Positions 36,561-46,453 of a stretch of DNA of 64,000 nucleotides are shown here, piece after piece. The notes under the pieces are model-generated. The model was not told the DNA's origin, made no database searches, and saw nothing but the letters and a program-made list of their open reading frames with translations. This DNA is from Centroscyllium fabricii (taxonomy: Eukaryota): the NCBI GenBank assembly GCA_051313645.2, contig JBNRSN020000006.1:78058001-78122000 (forward strand). The letters run 5' to 3'. Both the position numbers and the translations under genes were made by a program. Each line of letters begins with the position of its first letter. Positions within the stretch are counted from its first letter, which is position 1.

Positions 36561-39500
36561 AAAGCATGGATCATGCGAATAAACGCGTGGCTACAGGATT
36601 GGTGCAGAAGGGAGGGCATGAGTTTCGTGGACAATTGAGAATCGTTCTGGGGAAGGTGGGATCTGTATGACCGGGACGGCTTGCACCTGAACCGAAGGGG
36701 CATCAACATTCTGGGTGGGAAACTCGCTTCGGCCATAAAGGGGGATTTAAACTAATTGGCCAGGGGGATGGGGAAATGGGCAGGGAAACAGGCAGGGAAA
36801 CAGAGGGGAGACCAGGGAACAACGAGGAAAAGGGGGGCGAACCAAGGACACAGGGAAGTGACAGGGGACTGAAATGCGCCTACTTCAATGCAAGAAGTAT
36901 AAGGAACAAGGCAGGAGAGCTAGGGGCATGGATGGCGACATGGGACTTCGATGTGGTGGCCATTACAGAGACATGGCTGGAGCAGGGACAGGACTGGATG
37001 CTTGGGGTTCAGGGATACAGAAGCTTCTGGAGGAGCAGGGAGGGAGGAAAGCGCCAGGGGGGAGTAGCACTGCTGGTCAAGGACAGCGTGACAGCTACAG
37101 AAAAACACTTTGAGGGGGACACACGAACGGAGGTAGTATGGGCGGAGCTTAGAAATAGGAAAGGGGCGGTAACGTTAGTGGGAGTCTTTTATAGACCACC
37201 AAATAGTAACAGGGAGGTGGAGGAGGAAATTGCGCGACAAATAAAGGAAAGATGTGGGGGACATAGGGTAGTTATCATGGGAGATTTCAATTTCCCTAAT
37301 ATAGACTGGAATCTAGGAAGGTCAAAGAGTGCAGATGGAGAGATTTTCTTACAATGCGTGCAGGAAGGTTTCCTGACACAATACGTGGAGGAACCAACAA
37401 GGTGGGGGGCAACGTTGGACCTGGTTCTGGGAAATGAACCAGGCCAAGTGGTAGAACTGGGGGTAAGGGAGCACTTTGGGGACAGTGACCACAACTCGGT
37501 GACGTTCACAATAGTAATGGAGAAGGATAGGAGCATGAGGCAGGGTAAGGTATACAGCTGGGGGAGGGGAAATTACGACAGGGTTAGGCACGATTTAGCT
37601 AACACCAATTGGGAACGGGAACTTGCTGGGAGAGGAACGGAAGAAAAATGGAGAGTGTTCAGGGAGCAAATTATGAAAGCCGTGGATAAGCATGTCCCGA
37701 GTAGGATGGGAAACAAGGGAAAGAGGAGAGAACTGTGGATCACGAAAGAGGTAGAACAATTAGTAAAGAAGAAGAAGGAGGCATATGATAGAATGAGAAA
37801 GCAGTGTACAGCAGGGGCGGGAAAGGAGTACAAAGAAGCAAGGAAAAAACTGAAGAATGGGCTAAGGAAGGCAAAGGGAGGGCATGAGAAGGCATTAGCG
37901 GGAAGGATAAAGGAGAACCCTAAGGCTTTCTATGCTTACGTAAGAAATAAAAGGATGACTAGGATAAGAGTAGGGCCGATCAAAGACGGCAAGGGAGAAA
38001 TGTGCACGGAGTCAGAGGAAATTGGGGAAGCACTAAATGAATATTTTGCGTCCGTGTTCACAAGGGAGAGGGAACTAAAAGTAGAGGAGGAGTTCAAGAT
38101 ACAAGGGGAAAGGATGGGGGAAGTAAATATTCAGAGGGGGGAGGTATTAGATATTTTGGAGAAACTGAAGGTAGACAAATCTCCTGGGCCGGACGGGATA
38201 TATCCAAGGATTCTCTGGGAAGCGAGGAACAAAATCGCAGAGCCACTGACCTCTATCTTTAGTTCCTCGCTATCCTCGGGGATAGTCCCTGAGGACTGGA
38301 GAGAGGCGAATGTGGTTCCCATATTTAAAAAGGGGAGCAGGGACGTGCCAGGGAACTACAGACCAGTCAGCCTTACCTCGGTGGTCGGAAAGGTGATGGA
38401 AAGGGTCCTGAGGGACAGGATCTACGACCATCTAGAAAGGGGCAAATTAATCAGGAGCAGTCAGCACGGATTCGTTAAGGGCAAATCGTGCCTGACCAAC
38501 CTGATAGACTTCTTTGAAGAGGTGACCAAGTGTGTGGATGAGGGAAAGGCGGTTGATGTCATATATATGGACTTCAGCAAGGCGTTCGACAAGGTCCCGC
38601 ACGGTCGACTCATGAAGAAAGTAAGGAGTTGCGGGGTAAACAACGAAGTGGTGGGATGGATTGAGAACTGGCTGGCTCAGAGGAAGCAGAGGGTAGGGGT
38701 AGAGGGCCAATACTCGGGTTGGAGACCGGTCACCAGTGGGGTACCACAGGGGTCGGTGTTGGGGCCACTACTGTTTGTAATCTTTATCAATGACTTGGAG
38801 GAGGGGACTGAGGGGTGGGTCAGCAAATTTGCGGATGACACAAAGATTGGGGGAGTAGTGGATGAGGAGGAAGGAAGTAGAAAGATTCAGAGGGATATAG
38901 ATAGGATGCAGAGCTGGGCTGAAGAATGGCAAATGGAGTTCAACACGGGGAAATGCGAGGTGATGCACTTCGGTAGGGCAAATAGGAAGAGGGAATATAG
39001 GGTCAACGGCAGGGTCCTGAGTGAAGCAGAGGAGCAAAGGGATCTGGGAGTATATGTACACAGATCATTGAAGGCTGCCACCCAGGTGGACAAGGCAGTA
39101 AAAAAGGCCTATGGTGTATTGGCCTTCATCAACAGGGGAATAGAGTTTAAGAACCGGGAGGTCATGCTACAGCTGTACAGGTCACTGGTGAGACCACACT
39201 TGGAGTACTGTGTGCAGTTCTGGGCACCGTACTACAGGAGAGATGTGGAGGCGCTGGAGAGGGTGCAGAGGAGATTCACCAGGATGCTGCCGGGAATGGG
39301 GGGAAAGTCGTACGAGGAGAGGTTGAGGGAGCTGGGACTCTTCTCCCTGGAACGGAGAAGGAAGAGGGGGGACTTAATAGAGATGTTTAAAATGATGAAG
39401 GGGATCGATAGAGTAAACGTGCAGAGACTGTTTCCCCGGGTGGGAAGAACGACAACAAGAGGGCACGAGCACAAGATTCAAGGAGGAAGATTCAGAAGGG

Positions 39501-39717
39501 ATGGCAGAGGCAAGTTCTTTACGCAGAGAGTGGTCGGGGAATGGAATAGGCTACCATCTGAAATAGTGGATGTGGACAGTCTGGGGGCTTTTAAAAGGAT
39601 GATAGATAGGTACATGGAGGGGAAGGAAGAGTAGGGGGGACAGGAAAAATCAGAGACGGACTAAGCGCGGCACTACATTGAGGGCCCAAGGGCCTGTACA
39701 GTGCTCTATGTTCTATG
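36561..39717 (+). mobile_element. Young 5'-truncated CR1 LINE: ORF1 (SGNH esterase) C-terminus, intact ORF2, short tail
   Basis: ORF1 remnant INAWLQDWCRREG..N*ESFWGRWDLYDRDGLHLN (about 36567-36755) followed by the 952-aa ORF and a ctatgttctatg tail. Confidence 0.95.
36776..39634 (+). CDS. CR1 ORF2 protein: AP endonuclease and reverse transcriptase, uninterrupted (952 aa)
   Basis: FNARSIRNK, ITETWL, YRPP, GDFN, LDLVL, SDHN; KSPGPDG, YRPVSLTS, QHGF, DFSKAFDKV, PQGSVLGP, FADD, DLGV, LEYCVQFW, WNRLP. Confidence 0.95.
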   Translation: MGRETGRETEGRPGNNEEKGGEPRTQGSDRGLKCAYFNARSIRNKAGELGAWMATWDFDVVAITETWLEQGQDWMLGVQGYRSFWRSREGGKRQGGVALLVKDSVTATEKHFEGDTRTEVVWAELRNRKGAVTLVGVFYRPPNSNREVEEEIARQIKERCGGHRVVIMGDFNFPNIDWNLGRSKSADGEIFLQCVQEGFLTQYVEEPTRWGATLDLVLGNEPGQVVELGVREHFGDSDHNSVTFTIVMEKDRSMRQGKVYSWGRGNYDRVRHDLANTNWERELAGRGTEEKWRVFREQIMKAVDKHVPSRMGNKGKRRELWITKEVEQLVKKKKEAYDRMRKQCTAGAGKEYKEARKKLKNGLRKAKGGHEKALAGRIKENPKAFYAYVRNKRMTRIRVGPIKDGKGEMCTESEEIGEALNEYFASVFTRERELKVEEEFKIQGERMGEVNIQRGEVLDILEKLKVDKSPGPDGIYPRILWEARNKIAEPLTSIFSSSLSSGIVPEDWREANVVPIFKKGSRDVPGNYRPVSLTSVVGKVMERVLRDRIYDHLERGKLIRSSQHGFVKGKSCLTNLIDFFEEVTKCVDEGKAVDVIYMDFSKAFDKVPHGRLMKKVRSCGVNNEVVGWIENWLAQRKQRVGVEGQYSGWRPVTSGVPQGSVLGPLLFVIFINDLEEGTEGWVSKFADDTKIGGVVDEEEGSRKIQRDIDRMQSWAEEWQMEFNTGKCEVMHFGRANRKREYRVNGRVLSEAEEQRDLGVYVHRSLKAATQVDKAVKKAYGVLAFINRGIEFKNREVMLQLYRSLVRPHLEYCVQFWAPYYRRDVEALERVQRRFTRMLPGMGGKSYEERLRELGLFSLERRRKRGDLIEMFKMMKGIDRVNVQRLFPRVGRTTTRGHEHKIQGGRFRRDGRGKFFTQRVVGEWNRLPSEIVDVDSLGAFKRMIDRYMEGKEE

Positions 39718-41256
39718 ACCCCTCAAGTTTTCTCCTGATTTTAAAAATAAGTTAAGCATTGCCGAGCATCCCACATGGTGATGCAGCTTGCAACTAAATA
39801 TTGTATTCTATGTTTGATTAGCTCACAGTATAGAATGAGTGCCTTTTGTTACATCCTTTTAAATGGAGATCTATTCACCAATGGCACTAGATGGAAGAGG
39901 AGGTAAAACAAAGAAGGCTGACAATACTGCATTATGGGCTGTTGGAGTCAGAAGATGGCTGTTCTTGTGGTTTCAGCACCCTCGGTGTGTGACATGGTTA
40001 AGATCCAGGTGACTGCGGGGCACCAAGGTTGTTTGGAATTATTATTTAATGCATTCTTTATTTTGTCCCCTCTTTGCATCCACTGATAACTGGTTTAGCC
40101 CTGTGGCAAAGGCCGTCTGTTTGCTTGGTTTTGGGAAGTGGAATTTCTTTTCTCGTTTTCAGTTTATGAACAGCTGTGTTTATAGATCTGGTCTATTTAG
40201 TATGCAAATGAACACTTTACTGATGGTTGTGCCTTTGGGGCAGATTCTAAGTGGGATCCTTTGTTAACTCAATATATGAACTTTCATGTACTCTGTACTT
40301 CTTTCAATATAAAGATGCCAAAAATTCAAGAAGTAACTTTATTTTCTTAAGTTGCTCTGTTGTCAGAGCCTCATCTAATTTGAATTAGTGCCAAACTTCA
40401 TTTTACTCAAGTCAATCGGCCCGGGGGTGGGGGGGGCGGGGGGGAGGTTTGCAAAGTATGGTGCATGTTTTTCACACTGTCCAATGTCATAGAGGTTCAT
40501 GTGTGAAATGGATCTTCATTTTGGCTTTTTGGAACTTCTACACAGGAATCATAATGAATAAAAGTATTCCAATGTGCAGAAAGGTGTAAATCATCAGCTG
40601 TGCAACAAGATCAGATGCGTCTTTTTCTCCGAGGCATGGGTAAGGCACTTCGTGGGTAGGACACGTTGATCAGGCTTCCTGCATACATTTTGCAGCATGA
40701 TCTCTCACTATTAGACAGGCAACCAGTATCTTTTAGGTATTGAGGTTTAATCTGACAAATCTATTGAGCATAGGAGAAATCTTTACCGTTCAAGTGACAA
40801 CTTTTTTACCCACTTTTGAATGTCTACCCACTCCCCACAACCATCAGCTGTCTGTGAATTTGTGCTTTGAAATCATTAGTGGAACAACTCTGGGGTGGGG
40901 GCATACATGAAGGATAACAAGGAAGTGTGCGATACGAAGATTAACTCAAGTTTGGAAGGTCACAAAACCCCTAAGTAATAAAGGTATGAATGGACTGCAG
41001 GTCTTGGTGTTGAAAGATAGTTTCCATTGGAAGATTCTGTTTACACAGTGAAAACACTGCCTGAATTGTAGACTCGTTTTAATTATATTGGCAGAGATAT
41101 GTTTGGGAAGGTAGTGAAAGGTGATGTTTTTCCATAAACTGACCCAATAACGCAAATGCCTCTTAATTTGTATGCTGGCTGATGGAACCTTCAAAATTGC
41201 AAAATAGAATGAGGAAGTAGCTATGATCGATCCAATGTAGAGCAATCAATCCGATA

Positions 41257-41530
41257 CAGGTTGAGCACTGGTAATCTGGCACCCGATGGCCGAAGGCGTC
41301 AGGCGTTTGGGCTTCTGTTTTTTTTAGGTTTTGTAAGTGTTCTTTCCCCAGGCTCCCTCCCGGGGAGTGTTCTGCAGCGCGCTCCGGGCCCAGGGGAGTG
41401 TTCTGCCGCGCGCTCCGGGCCCCGGGGAGTGTTCTACCGTGCGCTCCAGGCCCCGAGGATTGTTCTACCGCGTGCTCCGGGCCCCGAGGAGTGTTCTGCC
41501 GCGCGCTCCGGGCCCCGGGGAGTGTTTGAA
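41257..41530 (+). mobile_element. One-ended Tigger-type MITE containing a 31-bp minisatellite
   Basis: TA + caggttgagcactggtaatctgg; right TIR not found. Confidence 0.6.
41362..41527. repeat. Minisatellite, about 5.3 copies of 31 bp (ggggagtgttctgccgcgcgctccgggcccc)
   Basis: Directly visible tandem units with no spacers. Confidence 0.92.
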
Positions 41531-41724
41531 ATATTTGCACTTCATTAATTTCCCTTGAACTGTTATTTGAAAACTGCAAAAACTGAGATCATTTGGATCT
41601 AAATAAACTTGTTTAACTTTTGTTCCCAACTTGAATCAAGATTAACTTGCACTACCTTTTTGATGGACATAATCAGTATTTCCAATGAGGTTACATCGTG
41701 CTGATCACAATCATTGGATCACAA

Positions 41725-41862
41725 GGGGAGCTTGCAACTTTTAATTCTCCATCCTACTCCCACTCTGACCTCTCAGTCCTCGGCCTCCTACACTGGTCCA
41801 ATGAAGCTCCTCTTTCGATTAGGCACTTGACAGCCTTTCAGCCTCAACATTGAGTTAAACAA
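41725..41862 (+). mobile_element. Penelope-like GIY-YIG C-terminal remnant
   Basis: gtcctcggcctcctacac...tctttcgattaggcac...ttgagtt aligns with 43705-43820. Confidence 0.6.
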
Positions 41863-41865
41863 TGT

Positions 41866-42534
41866 TGAAGGAAGAATGAGGAGGGGCAATATAAACTAAA
41901 TTATACAATTTTAATGGGGGTACACAAACAGTGAGACCTGTACACAAATCTTTGAAGGTGGCCGGACAAGTTGAACAGGCTGTCAAAAAAGTATCGGGAG
42001 CTTTGGCTTTATAAACAGAAGCATAGCGTACAAAAGCAAGGAAGTTATGCTAAACCTTTACAAAACACTGGTTAGGCCTCAGCTGGAGTATTGTTCAATT
42101 CTGGGCACCACACTTCGGATGGGTGTCAAGGCCTTGGAGAGGGTGCAGAAAAGATTGACCAGAAATTATGTGGTAAGACTGGAGAAGCTGGAATTGTTCT
42201 CCTTTGAGCTGAGAAGGTTAAGGGGAGATTTAATAGAGGCATTCAAAATCATGAGGGGTTTTGATAGAGTAACAAGTGTTTCCAGTGGCAAGAGAATCAG
42301 TAACCAGAGGACACAGATTTAAGGTGATTGGCAAAAGAACCAGAGGTGAGGTGATGAGAAATTTATGATCTGGAAAGCACTCCCTGAAAGGGCGGTGGAA
42401 ACAGATTCAATAGTAACTTTCAAAAGGGAATTGGATCAATACCTGAGAGAAAAGTTTGCAGGGCTATGGGGAAAAGAGCAGGGAATTGGGACTAATTGGA
42501 TAGATCTTTCAAAGAGCCGGAACAGGAGATGATG
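41866..42534 (+). mobile_element. Old CR1 3' fragment
   Basis: LNLYKTLVRPQLEYC, RRLRGDLIEAFKIM. Confidence 0.82.
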
Positions 42535-42589
42535 CAACACCTGCTCTTTCATTTCTCTTTCTACCATCCAGGGCCCCAAACACTCCTAA

Positions 42590-43461
42590 CAAACAAGATG
42601 GCGGCGCGCATAGACGCAGCGGCTTTGCATCTCCCGATTTTTTTAGTGTCCCTGGTTCCCGCACTGTTCCTGGAGAGGACGGCGGGGTCGGTGGAGTAGA
42701 GCACCGGTGCTCCTCAATCGGGGCACCGGTGCTGAACACGCCGTCGTGGTTGTCGGAGCGCCGGGGTGCTGAGAGCGGGCTCGTGGGGCCTTCGGGCTCG
42801 GAGAGCCGTGGGGCCGTCGGGCTCGGGGGGCCGTGGGGCCGTCGGGCTCGGGGGGCCGTGGGGCCGTCGGGCTCGGGGGGCCGTGGGGCCGTCGGGCTCG
42901 GGGGGCCGTCGGGCTCGGGGGGCCGTCGGGCTCGGGGGGCCGTCGGGCTCGGGGGGCCGTCGGGCTCGGGGGGCCGTGGGGCCGTCGGGCTCGGGGGGCC
43001 GTGGGGCCGTCGGGCTCGTGGGGCCGTCGGGCTCGGGGGGCCGTGGGGCCGTCGGGCTCGGGGGGCCGGGGGGCCGTCGGGGTCGGGGGGCCGTGGGGCC
43101 GTCGGGCTCGGGGGGCCGTGGGGCTCGGGGGGCCGTGGGGCTCGGGGGGCCGTCGGGCTCGTGGGGCCGTCGGGCTCGGGGGGCCGTCGGGCTCGGGGGG
43201 GGGGGGGGCCGTCGGGCTCGGGGGGCCGTGGGACTCGGGGGCCGTGGGGCTCGGAGAGCCGCGGGGCCGTCGGGAGCCGCGAGGCCGTCGTGGCCGGCAC
43301 CGGGCGCATCGTGGCTGTAGCGCCGGGTGGTCCTGGTGGGATGGAATGGATCACACTGGGACTAAAGGACATTTAATAATTTGGGAGATTGCATGTTTGC
43401 ATTTCGTTGTTTTGTGTATGTTCACTTTACAATGACAATAAATTGAATCTTATCTTATCTT
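42590..43461 (+). mobile_element. Non-coding retroposon with central G-rich VNTR, Rex1/Babar-like 5' motif and tail
   Basis: caagatggcggcgcgcatagacgcagcggctttgc at the 5' end and catttcgttgtt...aatgacaataaattgaa(tctta)n at the 3' end. Both are shared with 11116-11408. The 5' boundary is uncertain and could be about 42535. Confidence 0.75.
42777..43285 (+). repeat. G/C-rich compound VNTR (gggctcgggg / gggccgtc / gggccgtg units)
   Basis: About 500 bp of permuted 8-10-bp units, essentially lacking A on the + strand. Confidence 0.95.
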
Positions 43462-43624
43462 AGGTGAAATGGTTATTTACTTCTACTTCCAACTTAGCAT
43501 ATTGTATTCACTGCTCACTACGCGTTCCTCTATGTCAGGGGAACCAAACGCAGATTTGTTTGCTTCGCTGATGACAGTGGCGTATTTATATAGCGCCTTT
43601 AACATAGTAAAACGTCCCAAGGCG

Positions 43625-44130
43625 CAACACCTTTGTTCAGTCTGCAAACGTGACCCTGAGCAGCTTCTCGCCTGCCACTTGAAACCGACATCCCATGCCC
43701 ACCCTGTCCTTGGCCTCCTGCACTGTTGCAATGAAGTAAAACACAAGCTCGAGGAACAGGACCTCATCTTTCGATTAGGCATTTCACAGCCTTCCAGACT
43801 CTGCGTTGAGTTCAACAACTTTAGGTCATAACCACTGCTCCAATTTTCTCGGACAGCAGGTGTTGGCAATGGTTCTGCTGTAACCATTTATACCTCCTCT
43901 GGATCTATCTTTTGTATCCCCCCTCCCGCCCTGCCAACCTTTTCCTCTGCCTCTGCACTCGGTTAAATGCTGTTGCATCTCTAACTTCTTCCAGTTCTGG
44001 CGAAGGGTCATCGACCTGAAACGTTAACTCTTGTTTCTCTCTCCACGGCTGCTGCCTGAACCGCTGAGTATTTCCAGCATTTTCTGTTTTTATTTCCGGT
44101 TTCCAGCATCTGCTGTACTTTGCTTTTATA
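43625..44130 (+). mobile_element. Penelope-like element 3' end (GIY-YIG C-terminus and pLTR)
   Basis: KHKLEEQDLIFRLGISQPSRLCVEFNNFRS* followed by a pLTR with a hammerhead-like motif and a ccagcatc...tttgctttt tail. Confidence 0.8.
43993..44029 (+). ncRNA. Degenerate minimal hammerhead ribozyme motif
   Basis: agtt-CTGGCGA-a-gggtc(atc)gacct-GAAA-cgtt-aact. The core CTGANGA has an A>G change. Confidence 0.6.
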
Positions 44131-44924
44131 AAGTGTGTGTGCTTTCTTTCTATGGCATTTCACATGACACAAGTCTAATGCAAATTTCTGAGCTGCACTT
44201 TTTATGAAAGTGTGCAGAAAAGCTCTCCTGGTACAGAAAACTCGGGAGAGCAACATTGTTTGCGACCTTCCCACAAACCAAGTTAGGGCTCTGACCTCCA
44301 GACATAATAGCGCTAAATCTGAATAAACTCACCCAATATTTGCTTAACATCAGCTAGACTTTCGTCTGTATCGGAGATGTCCACTCTCTTTGAGCTGGGG
44401 TTGGGGCGGTCAAAGACATGTATGAAAACCAGCGCATGGTCAAACATGATTATGCAATGATGCTGGTGCCCGTGCATACAAAAAGTGAGGCACTCCCCTT
44501 CCCCTAAAGTCTGAAAACTTGGACGTTTCAGCCCTTTCAAAGTTGGTGTAGAGGACAAGAAACGGCTGTCCCTGATTGGTGGATTCAACTCCTCAGGAGC
44601 AGCTTGTTCCAATCGTCCAGGCCCAGGAATTTCAAAGTGACTGAAGTCTTGTTCATGAACATCGAGGACAGGAGTGCCACATGTTGTAACAAAGAAGCTT
44701 GTGGGCTGCCTTTTAGACATTTCCGACCTAGTTAATGTGCCCAAACAATGGATTGAAGTTCAACTCCCACCCTTCTGACTCAGTTCAGTTAGCAGAGCAT
44801 TATGAAGTAGAACATTATATTGGGAAAGTAAGTAGTGTAATTCTCCCCATATAACATATTTGGGTCAAAGTTTTTTTTAACCCCCACCGGCTCCCACCAG
44901 GTGGGAATGGTGCATGGGAGGGGT

Positions 44925-45420
44925 TCTGGTCTCCATATTACAAAAAGGACATAGAGGTACTGGAGAAGGTGCAAAAAATATTTAGAAGGATGATCGAGAG
45001 GTTATAACTATCAGATTGAACAGGCTGGAGCTCTTTTCTCCAGAAAAGAGAAGACTGAGGTGTGACCTGATGGAGGTCTTAAAATTATGAAGGGGTTTGA
45101 TAGGATAGATGTAGAGATGTTTGCACTTGTGGGAGAGTCCTAAACCAGGGGCCATAAATAAGGTAGTCACTAATAAATCCAATAAAGAATTCTGGAGAAA
45201 CTTCTTTACCAAGAGAGTGGTTAGAATGTGGCTAACACTGAGTAGTTGAGGCGACTAGCATAGATACCTTTAATGAAAAAAGATAAGTACACGATGGGGA
45301 AAGGAAGGATATGCAGATAGGGTTGGGTGAAGAAGGATGAGAGGAGGTGTGTGTGGAGCATAAACACTGGTATAGACCAATTGGGCCGACTGGCCTATTT
45401 CTCTGCAGTATATTCTATAT
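44925..45420 (+). mobile_element. Old CR1 3' fragment
   Basis: ttctggtctccata...gagaaacttctttaccaagagagtggttagaatgtgg and a tail like 18080-18650. Confidence 0.78.
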
Positions 45421-46453
45421 CATTGGGCTGTCAGCTTACCAATCTGAGATGGCTTCTTCCTCACCCAGCACCATATTATCTTTGCTGACTCCGTGTCAGC
45501 CGTGGCTCCCGCTACACGCAGGCGGGAGCCTCGTGAATGATATGTTAATCAGGTTCCTAGGATGTAATTAAGACCCCTACGGTATTTTGAATGGGAAAAA
45601 AACAAGTCTGGCCCATCGCCAGTTGGGCGAAACCTGGCTGAAAACTGAATAGGCTGCAGGCACTTGCATCGGTTGCATCTGAGTGCAACTTGGCGAATTT
45701 GATTTTGAGTGATCTTGCATTTTACGAATTGCTGATTTCTGATACTTGGACTGTCATTTTATCTGGCTTCGGGTTACTCATCTTCAAGAGGCAGTAAAAT
45801 CTTAGGACGGGTGGTGCTCCAGCTGCACTCTTGGATGGCGAAGGAGGAAGGGCAGCAACAGCACAGTCCTCAACATGCAGGAGGAGCTGCAGGTGAGGGG
45901 CTTGTTCGCAGAAGGTCTTGCCCCACCCATCAGGGTCTGCATGCCAAGATACACCTTTCTCGATGCTGTCTGAGGAGCAGTGCCAGAGGCGGGTGCACTT
46001 GTCCCAGGCAGGTGGTTGCTGACCTCTGCAGCCTCCTGCTGGACCAAGGGCCTATGACATGACAGTAACTGTGAATGATACCACCACCATGAACTAATAT
46101 GCCTCAGGAGCCTTCTAGACTGCAATGGGGGACATCTCAGATTTTGTAGTCATCTGCCCACTAATTGCCAGGGCGAGCCAATGGATATCCTTCCTCGCAG
46201 ATGACAATGGTCAAAATGAGAGAGCCTTTGGGGTTCGCAACAATGGCTTGCATCTCCTGAGTGCAGGGTGTGATTGACTGCACTCGTGCTGCCATCAGAT
46301 CACCTCCGGACCAGCCAGGAGCTTTCTTCAGCTGCCATGGGTTTCACTCCCATCAACGTGCAATTTGTATGCAACCACAGCATGCAAGTCTGTGCCCAAT
46401 GCCTTGGCTTCTGCCATTATTTATTAAACTTGCGGCAATCAAATATTCCACCC

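Noticed and set aside
41362-41527. 31-bp repeats superficially resembling a CRISPR array
   Set aside because: Head-to-tail units without spacers, no cas genes, and a eukaryotic context.
42509-43435. Long Pro/Gly/Arg-rich ORFs in several frames
   Set aside because: They arise because the A-free GC VNTR has no stop codons; there is no evidence of coding.
44313-44744. 143-aa ORF in non-repetitive sequence as a possible host exon
   Set aside because: No recognisable domain and no convincing splice donor; it would need BLASTX or RNA-seq support.
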